Below, piece by piece: positions 37,129 to 46,638 of a DNA stretch of 64,000 nucleotides. The translations under genes were made by a program, and so were the position numbers. This DNA comes from Candidatus Saccharimonadales bacterium (GTDB lineage: Bacteria; Patescibacteriota; Saccharimonadia; Saccharimonadales; JAYRRP01), in NCBI GenBank assembly GCA_041910055.1, contig JAYRRP010000004.1:2678-66677 (forward strand), given 5' to 3'. The notes under the pieces were generated by a model. It had not been told where the DNA came from, did not search any database, and saw nothing but the letters and a program-made list of their open reading frames with translations. The first letter of the stretch is position 1; each line of letters begins with the position of its first letter.

Positions 37129-38590
37129 CCAGACAGAATTCCAAGCCACCATTGGTATTGAATGTCATGTCCAACTGCGTACTCGTACTAAGCTTTTTGC
37201 GGGGGTAGGTAATGACGCCCGTGAAGCACCAGCGAATACTCTGATCAGTCATATCTGTCTTGGTATGCCGGGTGCGCTCCCGGTATTAAATGAAAAAGCA
37301 GTAGTGCTAGCTTGTCGGGCTGCTTATGCACTAGGTACCACCCCGCAGCTGTTTAGCAAATTTGACCGTAAGCATTATTTCTACCCAGATTTACCGAAGG
37401 GCTACCAGATTACTCAGTATGACCAGCCAATTATAAATGGCGGCTATGTGGAGATTGTGGTTGATGGCCAGACAAAGAAGATAAGACTCACCCGCGCCCA
37501 TTTAGAAGAAGATGCTGGCAAGAACAGTCATCCGGAGGGAACTGATTACAGTCTGGTGGATTTAAACCGAGCTGGAACGCCGCTACTAGAAATTGTTTCC
37601 GAGCCAGAGATGCATAGCCCAGCTGAAGCCAAGGCTTTTGCCCATGAACTGTATCAGTTGATGCGTTATAGTGGGGTGTCGGAAGCAGATTTGTATCATG
37701 GTAATATGCGTTTTGACGTAAATGTGTCAGTAAGTGATGATTCGGCAAAACTCGGCACAAGAACTGAAACAAAAAACCTGAATTCGTTCCGAAGTGTAGA
37801 GAAAGCCGTGGAATATGAGATCACCCGACAAACCAACGAGTTACGTAAAGGAAGACTGATTGTCCAGGAAACTCGAGGGTGGGATGAATCTCGACAAAAA
37901 ACATTTTCGCAAAGGGGTAAAGAAGAGGCACATGACTATCGTTATTTCCCTGACCCTGACTTGCCGCCGATTGAACTTGACGAGAGTTTTTTAAGTAGCA
38001 TAAGAGACTCTCTACAAATTTTGCCGCCAGAGTGGCGCCAACGATTAAGTTCGTTAGGACTGGACACTACAATAATAGGCACCTTACTTGAAGCTGAACT
38101 TGAACGGGCAAATGTCGGTTATCTGCATTTAATAGAAGCCCATTTAAAGGATGTCGAACAAGCAAAAGCCTTGGCGAATTGGTTTGTAAACATTGAGATT
38201 CCATTAAATCGTCAGGATGAAGTGTCACCCGATTGGGATGATGAAAATCGTCGCCATATGTACACGCAGCTGTATGAATTGTGGAAAACAGCAAGACTGA
38301 GTGCCACTTCTGCAAAGTCACTACTTCGGGAACTTTTGGTAAAGGGTGTGATACCGTCCAACTTAGAAAAGTATGCTGACGAACAAGGATATATACAACA
38401 ATCTGATAAATCGGCTCTGACTACTTTTATTGAGGAAGTTATTGCCGCCAATCCAAAAGCGGTTGAAGATATAAAACAAGGCGAAACAAAAGCAATCGGC
38501 TTTTTAGTTGGCCAGGTGATGAAAAAGAGTCTTGGCAAGGCTAATCCAGCTCTTGTACGACAGTTACTTGAGGAGAAACTTAAGAATTAA
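37115..38590 (+). CDS. gatB: Asp/Glu-tRNA amidotransferase subunit B
   Basis: FQATIGIECHVQL N-terminus, GatB core and a C-terminal YqeY-like tail. GTG start. Confidence 0.93.
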   Translation: MANHSQTEFQATIGIECHVQLRTRTKLFAGVGNDAREAPANTLISHICLGMPGALPVLNEKAVVLACRAAYALGTTPQLFSKFDRKHYFYPDLPKGYQITQYDQPIINGGYVEIVVDGQTKKIRLTRAHLEEDAGKNSHPEGTDYSLVDLNRAGTPLLEIVSEPEMHSPAEAKAFAHELYQLMRYSGVSEADLYHGNMRFDVNVSVSDDSAKLGTRTETKNLNSFRSVEKAVEYEITRQTNELRKGRLIVQETRGWDESRQKTFSQRGKEEAHDYRYFPDPDLPPIELDESFLSSIRDSLQILPPEWRQRLSSLGLDTTIIGTLLEAELERANVGYLHLIEAHLKDVEQAKALANWFVNIEIPLNRQDEVSPDWDDENRRHMYTQLYELWKTARLSATSAKSLLRELLVKGVIPSNLEKYADEQGYIQQSDKSALTTFIEEVIAANPKAVEDIKQGETKAIGFLVGQVMKKSLGKANPALVRQLLEEKLKN

Positions 38591-38653
38591 ACCTTCACGC
38601 ATGTGATAATTTTCACGGTGCAGGGGGTAGACAGATGATATATACTGTGGTCT

Positions 38654-38926
38654 ATGAATACTAGTGAACAGATTCTCGTTATTATCCTCTCCTCGTTCCT
38701 GGCGATATTCCTGCTGCTTGGCATTATCATTTTTGTCAAAGTAATTGATTTACTGAATACAATAAAACGATTTACAGATAGAGCAGAGAAATTTGCGGAT
38801 AAAGCAGAGGACATAACTGATATGTTAAGCAGACTGACGTTTGGGGGAGTTCTTACGAGAATTGTCGCGAGAACGGCGAGGTCATATAAACGGGCAAGAA
38901 ATGACAAACGAAAGGAGAGGGAGTGA
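38654..38926 (+). CDS. Small membrane-anchored coiled-coil protein (YtxG/DUF948-like architecture)
   Basis: N-terminal TM plus a charged helix. It sits directly upstream of a YtxH-like gene, as in B. subtilis ytxGH. The architecture match is an inference. Confidence 0.55.
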   Translation: MNTSEQILVIILSSFLAIFLLLGIIIFVKVIDLLNTIKRFTDRAEKFADKAEDITDMLSRLTFGGVLTRIVARTARSYKRARNDKRKERE

Positions 38927-39357
38927 TGGCTGACAAAAGTAAGATGACCCGACGAATGCTAGTTGGTACAGTCGTCGCGGCGGCGGCTGGGTATGTAGTA
39001 GGAGTATTGACTGCTCCAAAAAGCGGCAAAGAAACTAGAAAAGATATCCAAGATAAGGCGGCTCGACTGCGGCGACAGGCTGAAAGACAGTTAAAAAGTC
39101 TGCACAGTGAACTTAGTCAGTTAATCACCAACGGGAAACAACGATCTAAAAATATGCAAGCAGCCTCAAGGGCGAGATTTTTAAGAATACTTGCAAATGC
39201 TCAAGCAGCGAAGGATCGTGCTCGTGATATGCTTTCGGCTATTCATGAGGGCGATGCTGATGATGAAGAGCTGAAAAAAGCCATGAAAGATGTCCAAAAA
39301 GCAGTTGAGAACTTAAAAGAGTACCTCCAAAAAAATGAACAAAAAACTAAAAGCTGA
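38923..39357 (+). CDS. YtxH-domain protein
   Basis: VVAAAAGYVVGVLTAPKSGKETRKDI is the characteristic YtxH N-terminus, followed by a long charged helix. Confidence 0.75.
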   Translation: MMADKSKMTRRMLVGTVVAAAAGYVVGVLTAPKSGKETRKDIQDKAARLRRQAERQLKSLHSELSQLITNGKQRSKNMQAASRARFLRILANAQAAKDRARDMLSAIHEGDADDEELKKAMKDVQKAVENLKEYLQKNEQKTKS

Positions 39358-39610
39358 TAAGTTCCAAGATCCACATGACTACGAAAACCTAGGGAAGATG
39401 CTTGTGAACATCTATGAGAGCGGTTATATTAATCGTAATCAAGGCTACAAGATGAGTTTTGTAAAGGGAGTACTCGGTGGATTCGGCGGGGTACTCGGTG
39501 CTACTATTTTGGTTGCTTTACTCTTGTGGCTCCTCTCATTTTTCAAACAAGTTCCTCTGCTCGGTCCAGTCACAGACAACATCCGTCACACTGTCCAAGA
39601 AACAAAATAA
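39335..39610 (+). CDS. Small membrane protein
   Basis: 91 aa with a Gly-rich TM (GGFGGVLGATILVALLLWLL). Overlaps the preceding gene by 23 nt. Confidence 0.55.
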   Translation: MNKKLKADKFQDPHDYENLGKMLVNIYESGYINRNQGYKMSFVKGVLGGFGGVLGATILVALLLWLLSFFKQVPLLGPVTDNIRHTVQETK

Positions 39611-39708
39611 CCCGTTTTAAGATTAGCATTGTCTTCATATGAAAGACGCTAGCGACGATCACGCTTGGTGTACTACAATAGATGGTAATGAGGGAAGGAA
39701 AATAAAAA

Positions 39709-42700
39709 ATGGCGGGCAAGTTGAGGAATAGAGACTTTGTCCATTTACATAATCATTCACAATTTAGTCTGCTTGATGGACTCACAAAAATACCCGCATT
39801 AATAGATAGGGTTGCGCGGGAAGGCATGCAGGCAGTAGCTATCACTGATCATGGCACTATGTCCGGGGCAATAGAGTTCTATAAAGCGGCCCGGGCAGCC
39901 AATATTAAACCAATTATCGGTATGGAAACGTACGTAGCAGCCAGAAAGATTGCCGACCGTGATCCATCAAAAGACAAAAGCAATTATCACCTTATTTTAC
40001 TAGCAATGGATAATCATGGTTATGAGAACCTGATGCGTCTCAGCACTATTGCCAACCTAGAGGGTTTTTACTATAAACCAAGAATTGATCATCAACTATT
40101 AGAAAAATACCATCAAGGATTGATTGTGCTAAGTGGTTGTATTGGTGGTGAGGTAGGTGACGCGTTAAGACAAGGCCAATACGAACAAGCGAAACAAATT
40201 GCAAAGTGGTATAAAGCCTTGTTTGGCGACCGTTATTACCTAGAAATTCAAGACCATGGCCATAAGGATCATCCCCATGCTTGGTCTGAGCAGGTACAAA
40301 TTACCAAAGATACCCTTCGTCTAGCTCATGAGCTTGATATTGAGTGCGTGTTGACCTGTGATGCGCATTACCTTGAGGCAAAAGACAAGGAGGCGCACGA
40401 GGTACTTCTGTGCATTCAAACCGGCTCATACTTAAGTGACGAAAACAGGATGAGCTTAAAAGAATTTGATCTCCATGTGACCGCACCGAAAGAAGTGATC
40501 TCTAGATGGGGTGACACCCATCCGCAACTGATCACTAATACGTCGCAAATTGCAGCTCGATGCAAAGTTGAGCTAAGTCTAGGCAACATTTTAATTCCTC
40601 AGTTCCCTCTAGCAGCGGGAGTAACTGAGAAATCATTCTTGAAGAAGCTGACCTATCAAGGCTTGGCCTGGCGTTATGGTGGAGTAACACAAAAAAAAGC
40701 TGCTTCCCTAACTCTCCCACAAATAAAAAAAATCTTACCCAAAACAGTGCGAGAGCGTGCTTCTTATGAGCTGAGTGTCATTGAGCAGATGGGTTTCTGT
40801 GGCTACTTTTTAATCATCGCTGATTTTATACGTTGGGGAAAGTCACAAGGCATTGTGTTTGGCCCGGGTCGCGGCAGCGCGGCTGGTTCAATTATTGCCT
40901 ATGGCCTGCAAATAACTGAATTGGATCCACTGAAGTATGATTTACTGTTCGAACGATTCCTTAATCCCGATCGCATTTCAATGCCAGATATTGATATTGA
41001 TATACAAGATACGCGTCGTGATGAAGTAATTCAGTATTGTATTGATAAGTATGGGGAAGATAGGGTGGCGAATATTGTCACATTTGGTACGATGGCAGCG
41101 CGGAATGCAGTCCGAGATGTCGCTCGAGTATTACAGGTACCTTATGCTGACTCTGACCGCTTGGCAAAGATGATCCCACCGCCAGTCCAGGGTCGGCATA
41201 TCCCATTGGCAAAATCTCTCCAGGCTGACGAGGCATTAAAACAAGAATACGAACATAATCCGGCGGCCAAGCAGGTATTTGATCTGGCCTTGCAGCTCGA
41301 AGGTACTGTCAGAAGCCATGGGGTGCATGCTGCTGGTGTGGTTATTGCACCTGACGATATAGTTAAATATACACCGCTAGAAAAAGCCCAAAAAGGAGTA
41401 ATTGCGACTCAATACTCGATGTATCCGATAGTTGACGATCTTGGGTTGCTCAAAATGGACTTTTTAGGACTATCAAACCTAACGATTATTAAAAATACCT
41501 TGAGAATTATTAAGAAAGTTTATGGTAAAACGATTGAGGTAAACCACCTTGATCTCCAAGACAAAAAAACTTATAAATTGTTACAACAAGGTGATACTAC
41601 CGGAGTTTTTCAGCTTGAATCAGCTGGCATGAAACGTTATTTGCGACAGCTAAAGCCTGTGGAGTTTGAGGATATTGTAGCGATGGTGTCGCTGTATCGG
41701 CCGGGTCCTCTAACTGCTGGGCTTACTGATCGATTTATTGCTCGCAAAAATGGTTTAGAACCAGTTAGCTATGACCACTCATTGATGGAGAATTCATTAC
41801 GAACTACTTATGGTGTTTTGGTTTACCAAGAGCAGGTGATGCAAATTGCCAAAGATATGTGTGGTTTCAGCGGCGGTGAAGCCGACACCTTGAGAAAAGC
41901 CGTGGGCAAAAAGAATCGTGAAATGATGAAAAAAATGAAGGACAAGATTATTAAAGGAGCGGTTGCGAATCAAGTAGCCACGCAGGTGGCAGAAAAGTTT
42001 TGGTCTGATCTAGAAGGGTTTGCTGACTATGCGTTTAATAAGTCCCACGCTGCGTGTTATGCGTTTATCGCTTTTCAAACCGCTTACCTGAAAGCACATT
42101 TTCCGGCAGCGTTCATGGCGGCACTCATGACTAGTGATTTTGATAACACTGATCGTTTAGCTATTGAAATTAAGGAATGCAAAGATATGAATATAGAAGT
42201 TCTGCCGCCAGATGTGAATGAATCTTTCGTTGAGTTTGCCGTGGTGCCTGATACTAAACAAATTCGTTTTGGAATGAGTGCCATAAAGAATGTAGGTACA
42301 GGAGCAGTTGAAGAGATCCTAAAGGCAAGGGAAGAGAAACCGTTCGATGGTCTTGAAGATTTTTTAAGCCGTGTGAATACACGCGTTGTGAACCGCAAAG
42401 CCTTGGAATCACTGATTCGTGCCGGGGCATTTGATCGTTTTGCTACCAGAAGTGAGCTATTGCATAATCTCGATGTGTTGCTTGCCTATGCGTCCAGACA
42501 ACAAAAAGAGAGGCTAAGCGGGCAAACAGATTTATTCGGAAACAGCGATGCTGTAGTAGCTGCTATCAAGTCGCAACTTACTTTACAGGTACCTCAGACT
42601 GTTCATAGTCCGCGGGAAATGCTGCAGTGGGAAAGGGATCTCTTAGGCTTATATCTTTCCCGGCACCCATTGGATGACTACGAAGACTGGTTAGCCGCCC

Positions 42701-43314
42701 ATACCGATCCAATCCAAAAAATTAACGAAGCAACCGATAACCAAAGTCTGACAATAGGTGGCGTAGTAACAGAAATTCGAGAAATTACGACAAAGAATGG
42801 TCAACGAATGGCGTTTGTAAAAATTGCTGACCTGAGTGGAGAACTGGAGGCTGTAGTATTCCCTTCGGTTTATGAAACAACGGCGGAAGCTTGCCAAAAG
42901 GATATGGTAGTGATAGGAAAAGGACGCGTGAGTACGAAAACACGTGGTAGCGGGACTTTCGGGGGCGAACCGAAGTTATTACTTAAGGAAGTCCGAGTAG
43001 TAACTGATGAAGATCTGAAGAAAACCCCTACCCGAAAAAAGTCAGCACCAGTCTTGGTAGAACGTTCAACCTTGACTTCATCTCCTAAGCAGCGACGGGT
43101 ATATATCAGAATTCACGACAGCGACAACCAAGACCATCTTATTTCTTTGAAGAAATTACTGGATGCTCATCACGGTAATACGGAAATTGTCTTGGTGGTG
43201 GGCAAAGATCCGAACCGACAAATTATCAAGCTCCCTGGCGGTGTGCAGGAGCATGCGGATGTGCTGCTGGCCCTGCAATTAGTGGTGGGCGAAGAAAACG
43301 TGAAAGTTCAATAA
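39709..43314 (+). CDS. dnaE: DNA polymerase III alpha subunit
   Basis: PHP domain FVHLHNHSQFSLLDG, polymerase core, OB fold. 1201 aa. Confidence 0.96.
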   Translation: MAGKLRNRDFVHLHNHSQFSLLDGLTKIPALIDRVAREGMQAVAITDHGTMSGAIEFYKAARAANIKPIIGMETYVAARKIADRDPSKDKSNYHLILLAMDNHGYENLMRLSTIANLEGFYYKPRIDHQLLEKYHQGLIVLSGCIGGEVGDALRQGQYEQAKQIAKWYKALFGDRYYLEIQDHGHKDHPHAWSEQVQITKDTLRLAHELDIECVLTCDAHYLEAKDKEAHEVLLCIQTGSYLSDENRMSLKEFDLHVTAPKEVISRWGDTHPQLITNTSQIAARCKVELSLGNILIPQFPLAAGVTEKSFLKKLTYQGLAWRYGGVTQKKAASLTLPQIKKILPKTVRERASYELSVIEQMGFCGYFLIIADFIRWGKSQGIVFGPGRGSAAGSIIAYGLQITELDPLKYDLLFERFLNPDRISMPDIDIDIQDTRRDEVIQYCIDKYGEDRVANIVTFGTMAARNAVRDVARVLQVPYADSDRLAKMIPPPVQGRHIPLAKSLQADEALKQEYEHNPAAKQVFDLALQLEGTVRSHGVHAAGVVIAPDDIVKYTPLEKAQKGVIATQYSMYPIVDDLGLLKMDFLGLSNLTIIKNTLRIIKKVYGKTIEVNHLDLQDKKTYKLLQQGDTTGVFQLESAGMKRYLRQLKPVEFEDIVAMVSLYRPGPLTAGLTDRFIARKNGLEPVSYDHSLMENSLRTTYGVLVYQEQVMQIAKDMCGFSGGEADTLRKAVGKKNREMMKKMKDKIIKGAVANQVATQVAEKFWSDLEGFADYAFNKSHAACYAFIAFQTAYLKAHFPAAFMAALMTSDFDNTDRLAIEIKECKDMNIEVLPPDVNESFVEFAVVPDTKQIRFGMSAIKNVGTGAVEEILKAREEKPFDGLEDFLSRVNTRVVNRKALESLIRAGAFDRFATRSELLHNLDVLLAYASRQQKERLSGQTDLFGNSDAVVAAIKSQLTLQVPQTVHSPREMLQWERDLLGLYLSRHPLDDYEDWLAAHTDPIQKINEATDNQSLTIGGVVTEIREITTKNGQRMAFVKIADLSGELEAVVFPSVYETTAEACQKDMVVIGKGRVSTKTRGSGTFGGEPKLLLKEVRVVTDEDLKKTPTRKKSAPVLVERSTLTSSPKQRRVYIRIHDSDNQDHLISLKKLLDAHHGNTEIVLVVGKDPNRQIIKLPGGVQEHADVLLALQLVVGEENVKVQ

Positions 43315-43316
43315 GT

Positions 43317-44381
43317 TTAGCGTATAAGGCCAGCTGTATGGCTTAATTCGTAACAGATTGCTAACACAACCACCAACGTAAGATCAAAGGCTACGTGGTG
43401 CATGAAATAACGTTCACCACGTACGACAACGCGTCTGATAGCCACAGCGTGAGAAACGCCAAGATAAGTAACCAGAGTAATCGTTACTAGTAGAGTGACA
43501 GTCGATACCCAGGGGATGGCACCTCTTGTGAGCACTTCCAATCGGGACACTCTTTTGGTACCTGCTGCGGCCGTCGATTCGTTATTGGTGGTATTGATAA
43601 CTTCAGCAGGTTTGGCATTTTTTGTATCTGAAGAGGATGGGGTGGGGGAAGTCGGCGCAGTTGGTGCAGGAGCAGGCGAAGCTGATTGATTTGTTTGGGG
43701 GTGAGTCGTGGGGGCTGTGGGACTCGTAGTTGATGTTTTAGTTGGTGTGCTCGGCGTGGCAGGAGTAGTGGCACCCTTTACTTGAGGAGTGCCATACATC
43801 GCTACCACTACAGTTTCCGGTCCGCTGCCTTGGTAGTCTGGATTATTTGCGAAGCCGAAGCCAACATCAAGAAAAGCAGTATTAAGTAAATTGTCACGAT
43901 GACTAGGGCTATTCATCCACCCAACTACTGCATCGTCACTTGTTAAGAAGCCATAAGCAAGGTTTTCTCCTGCCTGGGTGTAACTATAGCCAGCCTGGGC
44001 AATAAATACCCACGGTGCGTTCCCTTCAGGAGTATTATGCGACCAGTAATTGCGTGAAGCCATGTCATTAGCTTTGGCTTGAGCAGCTTGGGAAAGTTGG
44101 CTATTTAATGTCAGTAAGCTGCGTCCATTGCTTTGGCGTTGTTGATTGGTGGCCTGCAGTAAACCGCTGGGGCTCATATTAGTGGCGTAGGCAAGAACAC
44201 CCTTTTGGCTTATTTGCCGGTGGGGCTGCCAATATACATGAAGTACTACAAACAGCAGACTTGCCATTACTAATGGAAGATAGGGATGATATACATGCAA
44301 AAACTGCTTGGTACGTTTTTGATGCTTACCGTGTCTTTTTTGCTGTTGGGCGCGAGTACGATGTAAAGAGGCCATGGCCAT
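43317..44381 (-). CDS. Membrane-anchored CAP/SCP (PR-1-like) domain protein with a P/T/S-rich linker
   Basis: NYWSHNTPEG, GENLAYG and GWMNSPSHRDNLL CAP motifs. N-terminal TM, P/T/S-rich low-complexity stretch, two C-terminal TMs. Confidence 0.75.
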   Translation of the reverse strand: MAMASLHRTRAQQQKRHGKHQKRTKQFLHVYHPYLPLVMASLLFVVLHVYWQPHRQISQKGVLAYATNMSPSGLLQATNQQRQSNGRSLLTLNSQLSQAAQAKANDMASRNYWSHNTPEGNAPWVFIAQAGYSYTQAGENLAYGFLTSDDAVVGWMNSPSHRDNLLNTAFLDVGFGFANNPDYQGSGPETVVVAMYGTPQVKGATTPATPSTPTKTSTTSPTAPTTHPQTNQSASPAPAPTAPTSPTPSSSDTKNAKPAEVINTTNNESTAAAGTKRVSRLEVLTRGAIPWVSTVTLLVTITLVTYLGVSHAVAIRRVVVRGERYFMHHVAFDLTLVVVLAICYELSHTAGLIR

Positions 44382-44437
44382 ACTTAATAAGTAACTATAT
44401 CTAATTCAAGCTCTCTTTGCCAGTCAAACTGGTTGTG

Positions 44438-44944
44438 TCAATGAAGGGTGAAGGGTGAAAAACGGCAATGATATAAACTCATTGCCGCAGCTTGGACCAC
44501 ATTGAATGACTCTTTTGCCCCCGACATCGGGATTTCGATTGATGCTTTGCAACTGCGCAGTATGTTGTGGGGCAAACCTGTTACTTCATTACCAAATACC
44601 AATGCCAGTTTTTCGGGTGGGCTAAAAGATGTTAAAGATGTTGATTCTACCTCTTGCTCAATGGCATAAAGTGAGTAGCCACTGCGCTTGAGTCTAGTTA
44701 CAGCTAATTGCCAACTGGGGATGTAATCCCACTGAACGCTCTGTTGTGCTCCCAGGGCAGTTTTATTGATTTGCCTTTCGGCTTTTTTTGCCAGGTGCGG
44801 CAAGCGTGGATCAGTTGGCAACTGCGGATAAGGAGTGTAGCCACAAAGTATTACTGCAACCCCGAGCCCTTCGGCAGTTCGAAGTAATGAACCAACGTTA
44901 TGGTAACTTCGCCAATTATAAGCAATCGCTGTGATCTGTCTCAT
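44438..44944 (-). CDS. SpoU/TrmH-family RNA 2'-O-methyltransferase
   Basis: HNVGSLLRTAEGLG, LVFGNEVTGL and IPMSGAKESFNVVQAAAMSLY SpoU motifs. Start placed at the ATG at 44944. The track GTG at 44965 would include a -10-like TATATT. Confidence 0.8.
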   Translation of the reverse strand: MRQITAIAYNWRSYHNVGSLLRTAEGLGVAVILCGYTPYPQLPTDPRLPHLAKKAERQINKTALGAQQSVQWDYIPSWQLAVTRLKRSGYSLYAIEQEVESTSLTSFSPPEKLALVFGNEVTGLPHNILRSCKASIEIPMSGAKESFNVVQAAAMSLYHCRFSPFTLH

Positions 44945-45020
44945 TGTTGTCACCAAATATAACACGACGCTAGAAAAAACTTAGCGTGGAATCACATTGC
45001 TTATGGTTTATACTGAGATT

Positions 45021-46625
45021 ATGAGTCAAGATGCTCGGCGAGATGATGAACGGGCCACTGAAAGACGTGCCCGTCTTTTAGAGCTGAATTATATTGATAC
45101 TTCGCAAATTGTGAATAAAGTGCTCTATAAAAACCTTATGCCCGTTGAGGAGCTATATAGAATGCGGGTTATTCCTCTCCAGGCCAGCGAACACGCAATT
45201 ACATTCGGGGTGACAAACACTACTTCGCAACATATGATGAATGAGATAACACAGCGTTTTCTAGACCAACGCGTGAGCTTTGCATTGATTTCTGAGATGG
45301 GTTATCACGAGTATATGCACCTGTATGACCCCCCTAAGCAGGTAGTGTATCAGGACATAGAACTCACGACAGCTGGTACTCAAGAGCTCATTGGGCGTGT
45401 TTCACAAATGTTAAACCAGGTACGTGCTGATGACATGTTGGCCTATCTGGTGCAGCAAGCGCATAAATTGGCTGCTTCTGATATTCATTTAGAAAACCAA
45501 ACTGAATACGTGCGTATTCGTTTCCGTATTGATGGCGTGCTTCATCCAGTGGCGCGGTTAACATATGAGAAATACCGGATTCTTATTTCAGCGGTGGCGA
45601 GTGCAGCCAACGTTTCTACTTCGGCCAGCGAACCGCAGCAGGGTCATATTAGGGAGCATGTAAAAATGGCTGATGGCAGCGAGGTCAACATTAACTTACG
45701 GGTAGAAACAGTGCCGGCTATTGGTGGTATGGATGTCGTGATGAGGCTATTTAATCTTGAGCCCGAGATGTATACCTTGGATCGTCTTGGATTGTCGCCT
45801 AAAGAACGTGCGGTAGTAGATGGCATCATAGAGAAACCAAGCGGCTTAGTACTTGCAGTTGGTCCAACTGGTTCAGGAAAAACCACCACCTTGTATTCCA
45901 TTCTGAATACCCTTAATAATGAGGAAAGGAAAATAATTACCATTGAAGATCCGGTTGAGTTCCAGTTCAACGGCATTACGCAGATTTCAGTCACTACTAA
46001 GACCGGTGAAGAAAGTCACTTTGCAAATAAATTAAGGGCTGTCCTTCGACTTGACCCTGACATTGTTATGGTTGGCGAAATCAGGGATCCAGACACGGCC
46101 AAAACGGCTCTTCAGGCATCGCTAACAGGGCATTTGGTCCTCTCTACCTTTCACGCTGCCTCTGCCTCTGCTGCCCTCACGCGTCTGCTGGATATTATTG
46201 GGGAAAATCCACTTTTTCTCTCAGCCATTCGATTGGTGATGGCGCAAAGGCTTGTTCGTAAACTTGATGACCAAACCAAGCAGGCTTATGACCCGCCCAT
46301 GGCAATAATTGAGAGTATCCAAAAGGTGGTTGCGGGATTGCCGCCGGGTTTGCCAAAGCCTTCACTGGAAGGTCTTAAATTGTATAGACCCGGTAGTTCA
46401 GCTGATAACCCCTACGGCTATAGAGGGCAGCTAGCTCTTCGCGAGCAATTTTTAATGAGCCGGGATATGGTGGAATTATTGCAAAAGAGCGGCAAACAAT
46501 TATCTACTCAAAATATAGAAGAGGCGGCGGTGAGAAGTGGCATGATGACTATGATGCAGGACGGTATCCTCAAGGTAATAGCCGGTCAGACGACTTTAGA
46601 AGAAGTATACAGAGTGCTCGATTAG
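45021..46625 (+). CDS. pilB: Type IV pilus/T2SS assembly ATPase (PilB/GspE family)
   Basis: T2SSE N-domain, Walker A GPTGSGKTTT, Asp box, Walker B/His box (VGEIRD, STFHA). Start moved from TTG 44997 to ATG 45021 (TATACT + 6 nt). Confidence 0.88.
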   Translation: MSQDARRDDERATERRARLLELNYIDTSQIVNKVLYKNLMPVEELYRMRVIPLQASEHAITFGVTNTTSQHMMNEITQRFLDQRVSFALISEMGYHEYMHLYDPPKQVVYQDIELTTAGTQELIGRVSQMLNQVRADDMLAYLVQQAHKLAASDIHLENQTEYVRIRFRIDGVLHPVARLTYEKYRILISAVASAANVSTSASEPQQGHIREHVKMADGSEVNINLRVETVPAIGGMDVVMRLFNLEPEMYTLDRLGLSPKERAVVDGIIEKPSGLVLAVGPTGSGKTTTLYSILNTLNNEERKIITIEDPVEFQFNGITQISVTTKTGEESHFANKLRAVLRLDPDIVMVGEIRDPDTAKTALQASLTGHLVLSTFHAASASAALTRLLDIIGENPLFLSAIRLVMAQRLVRKLDDQTKQAYDPPMAIIESIQKVVAGLPPGLPKPSLEGLKLYRPGSSADNPYGYRGQLALREQFLMSRDMVELLQKSGKQLSTQNIEEAAVRSGMMTMMQDGILKVIAGQTTLEEVYRVLD

Positions 46626-46638
46626 AGAGAACTTGGTT

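Noticed and set aside
36770-37252. 160-aa minus-strand ORF across the gatA-X-gatB junction
   Set aside because: It is fully antisense to well-supported, translationally coupled genes, with no promoter or SD.
43487-43774. ORFs in alternative frames over the P/T/S-rich stalk of the CAP protein
   Set aside because: Low-complexity repeat DNA keeps several frames open. Only the CAP frame has flanking domain support.
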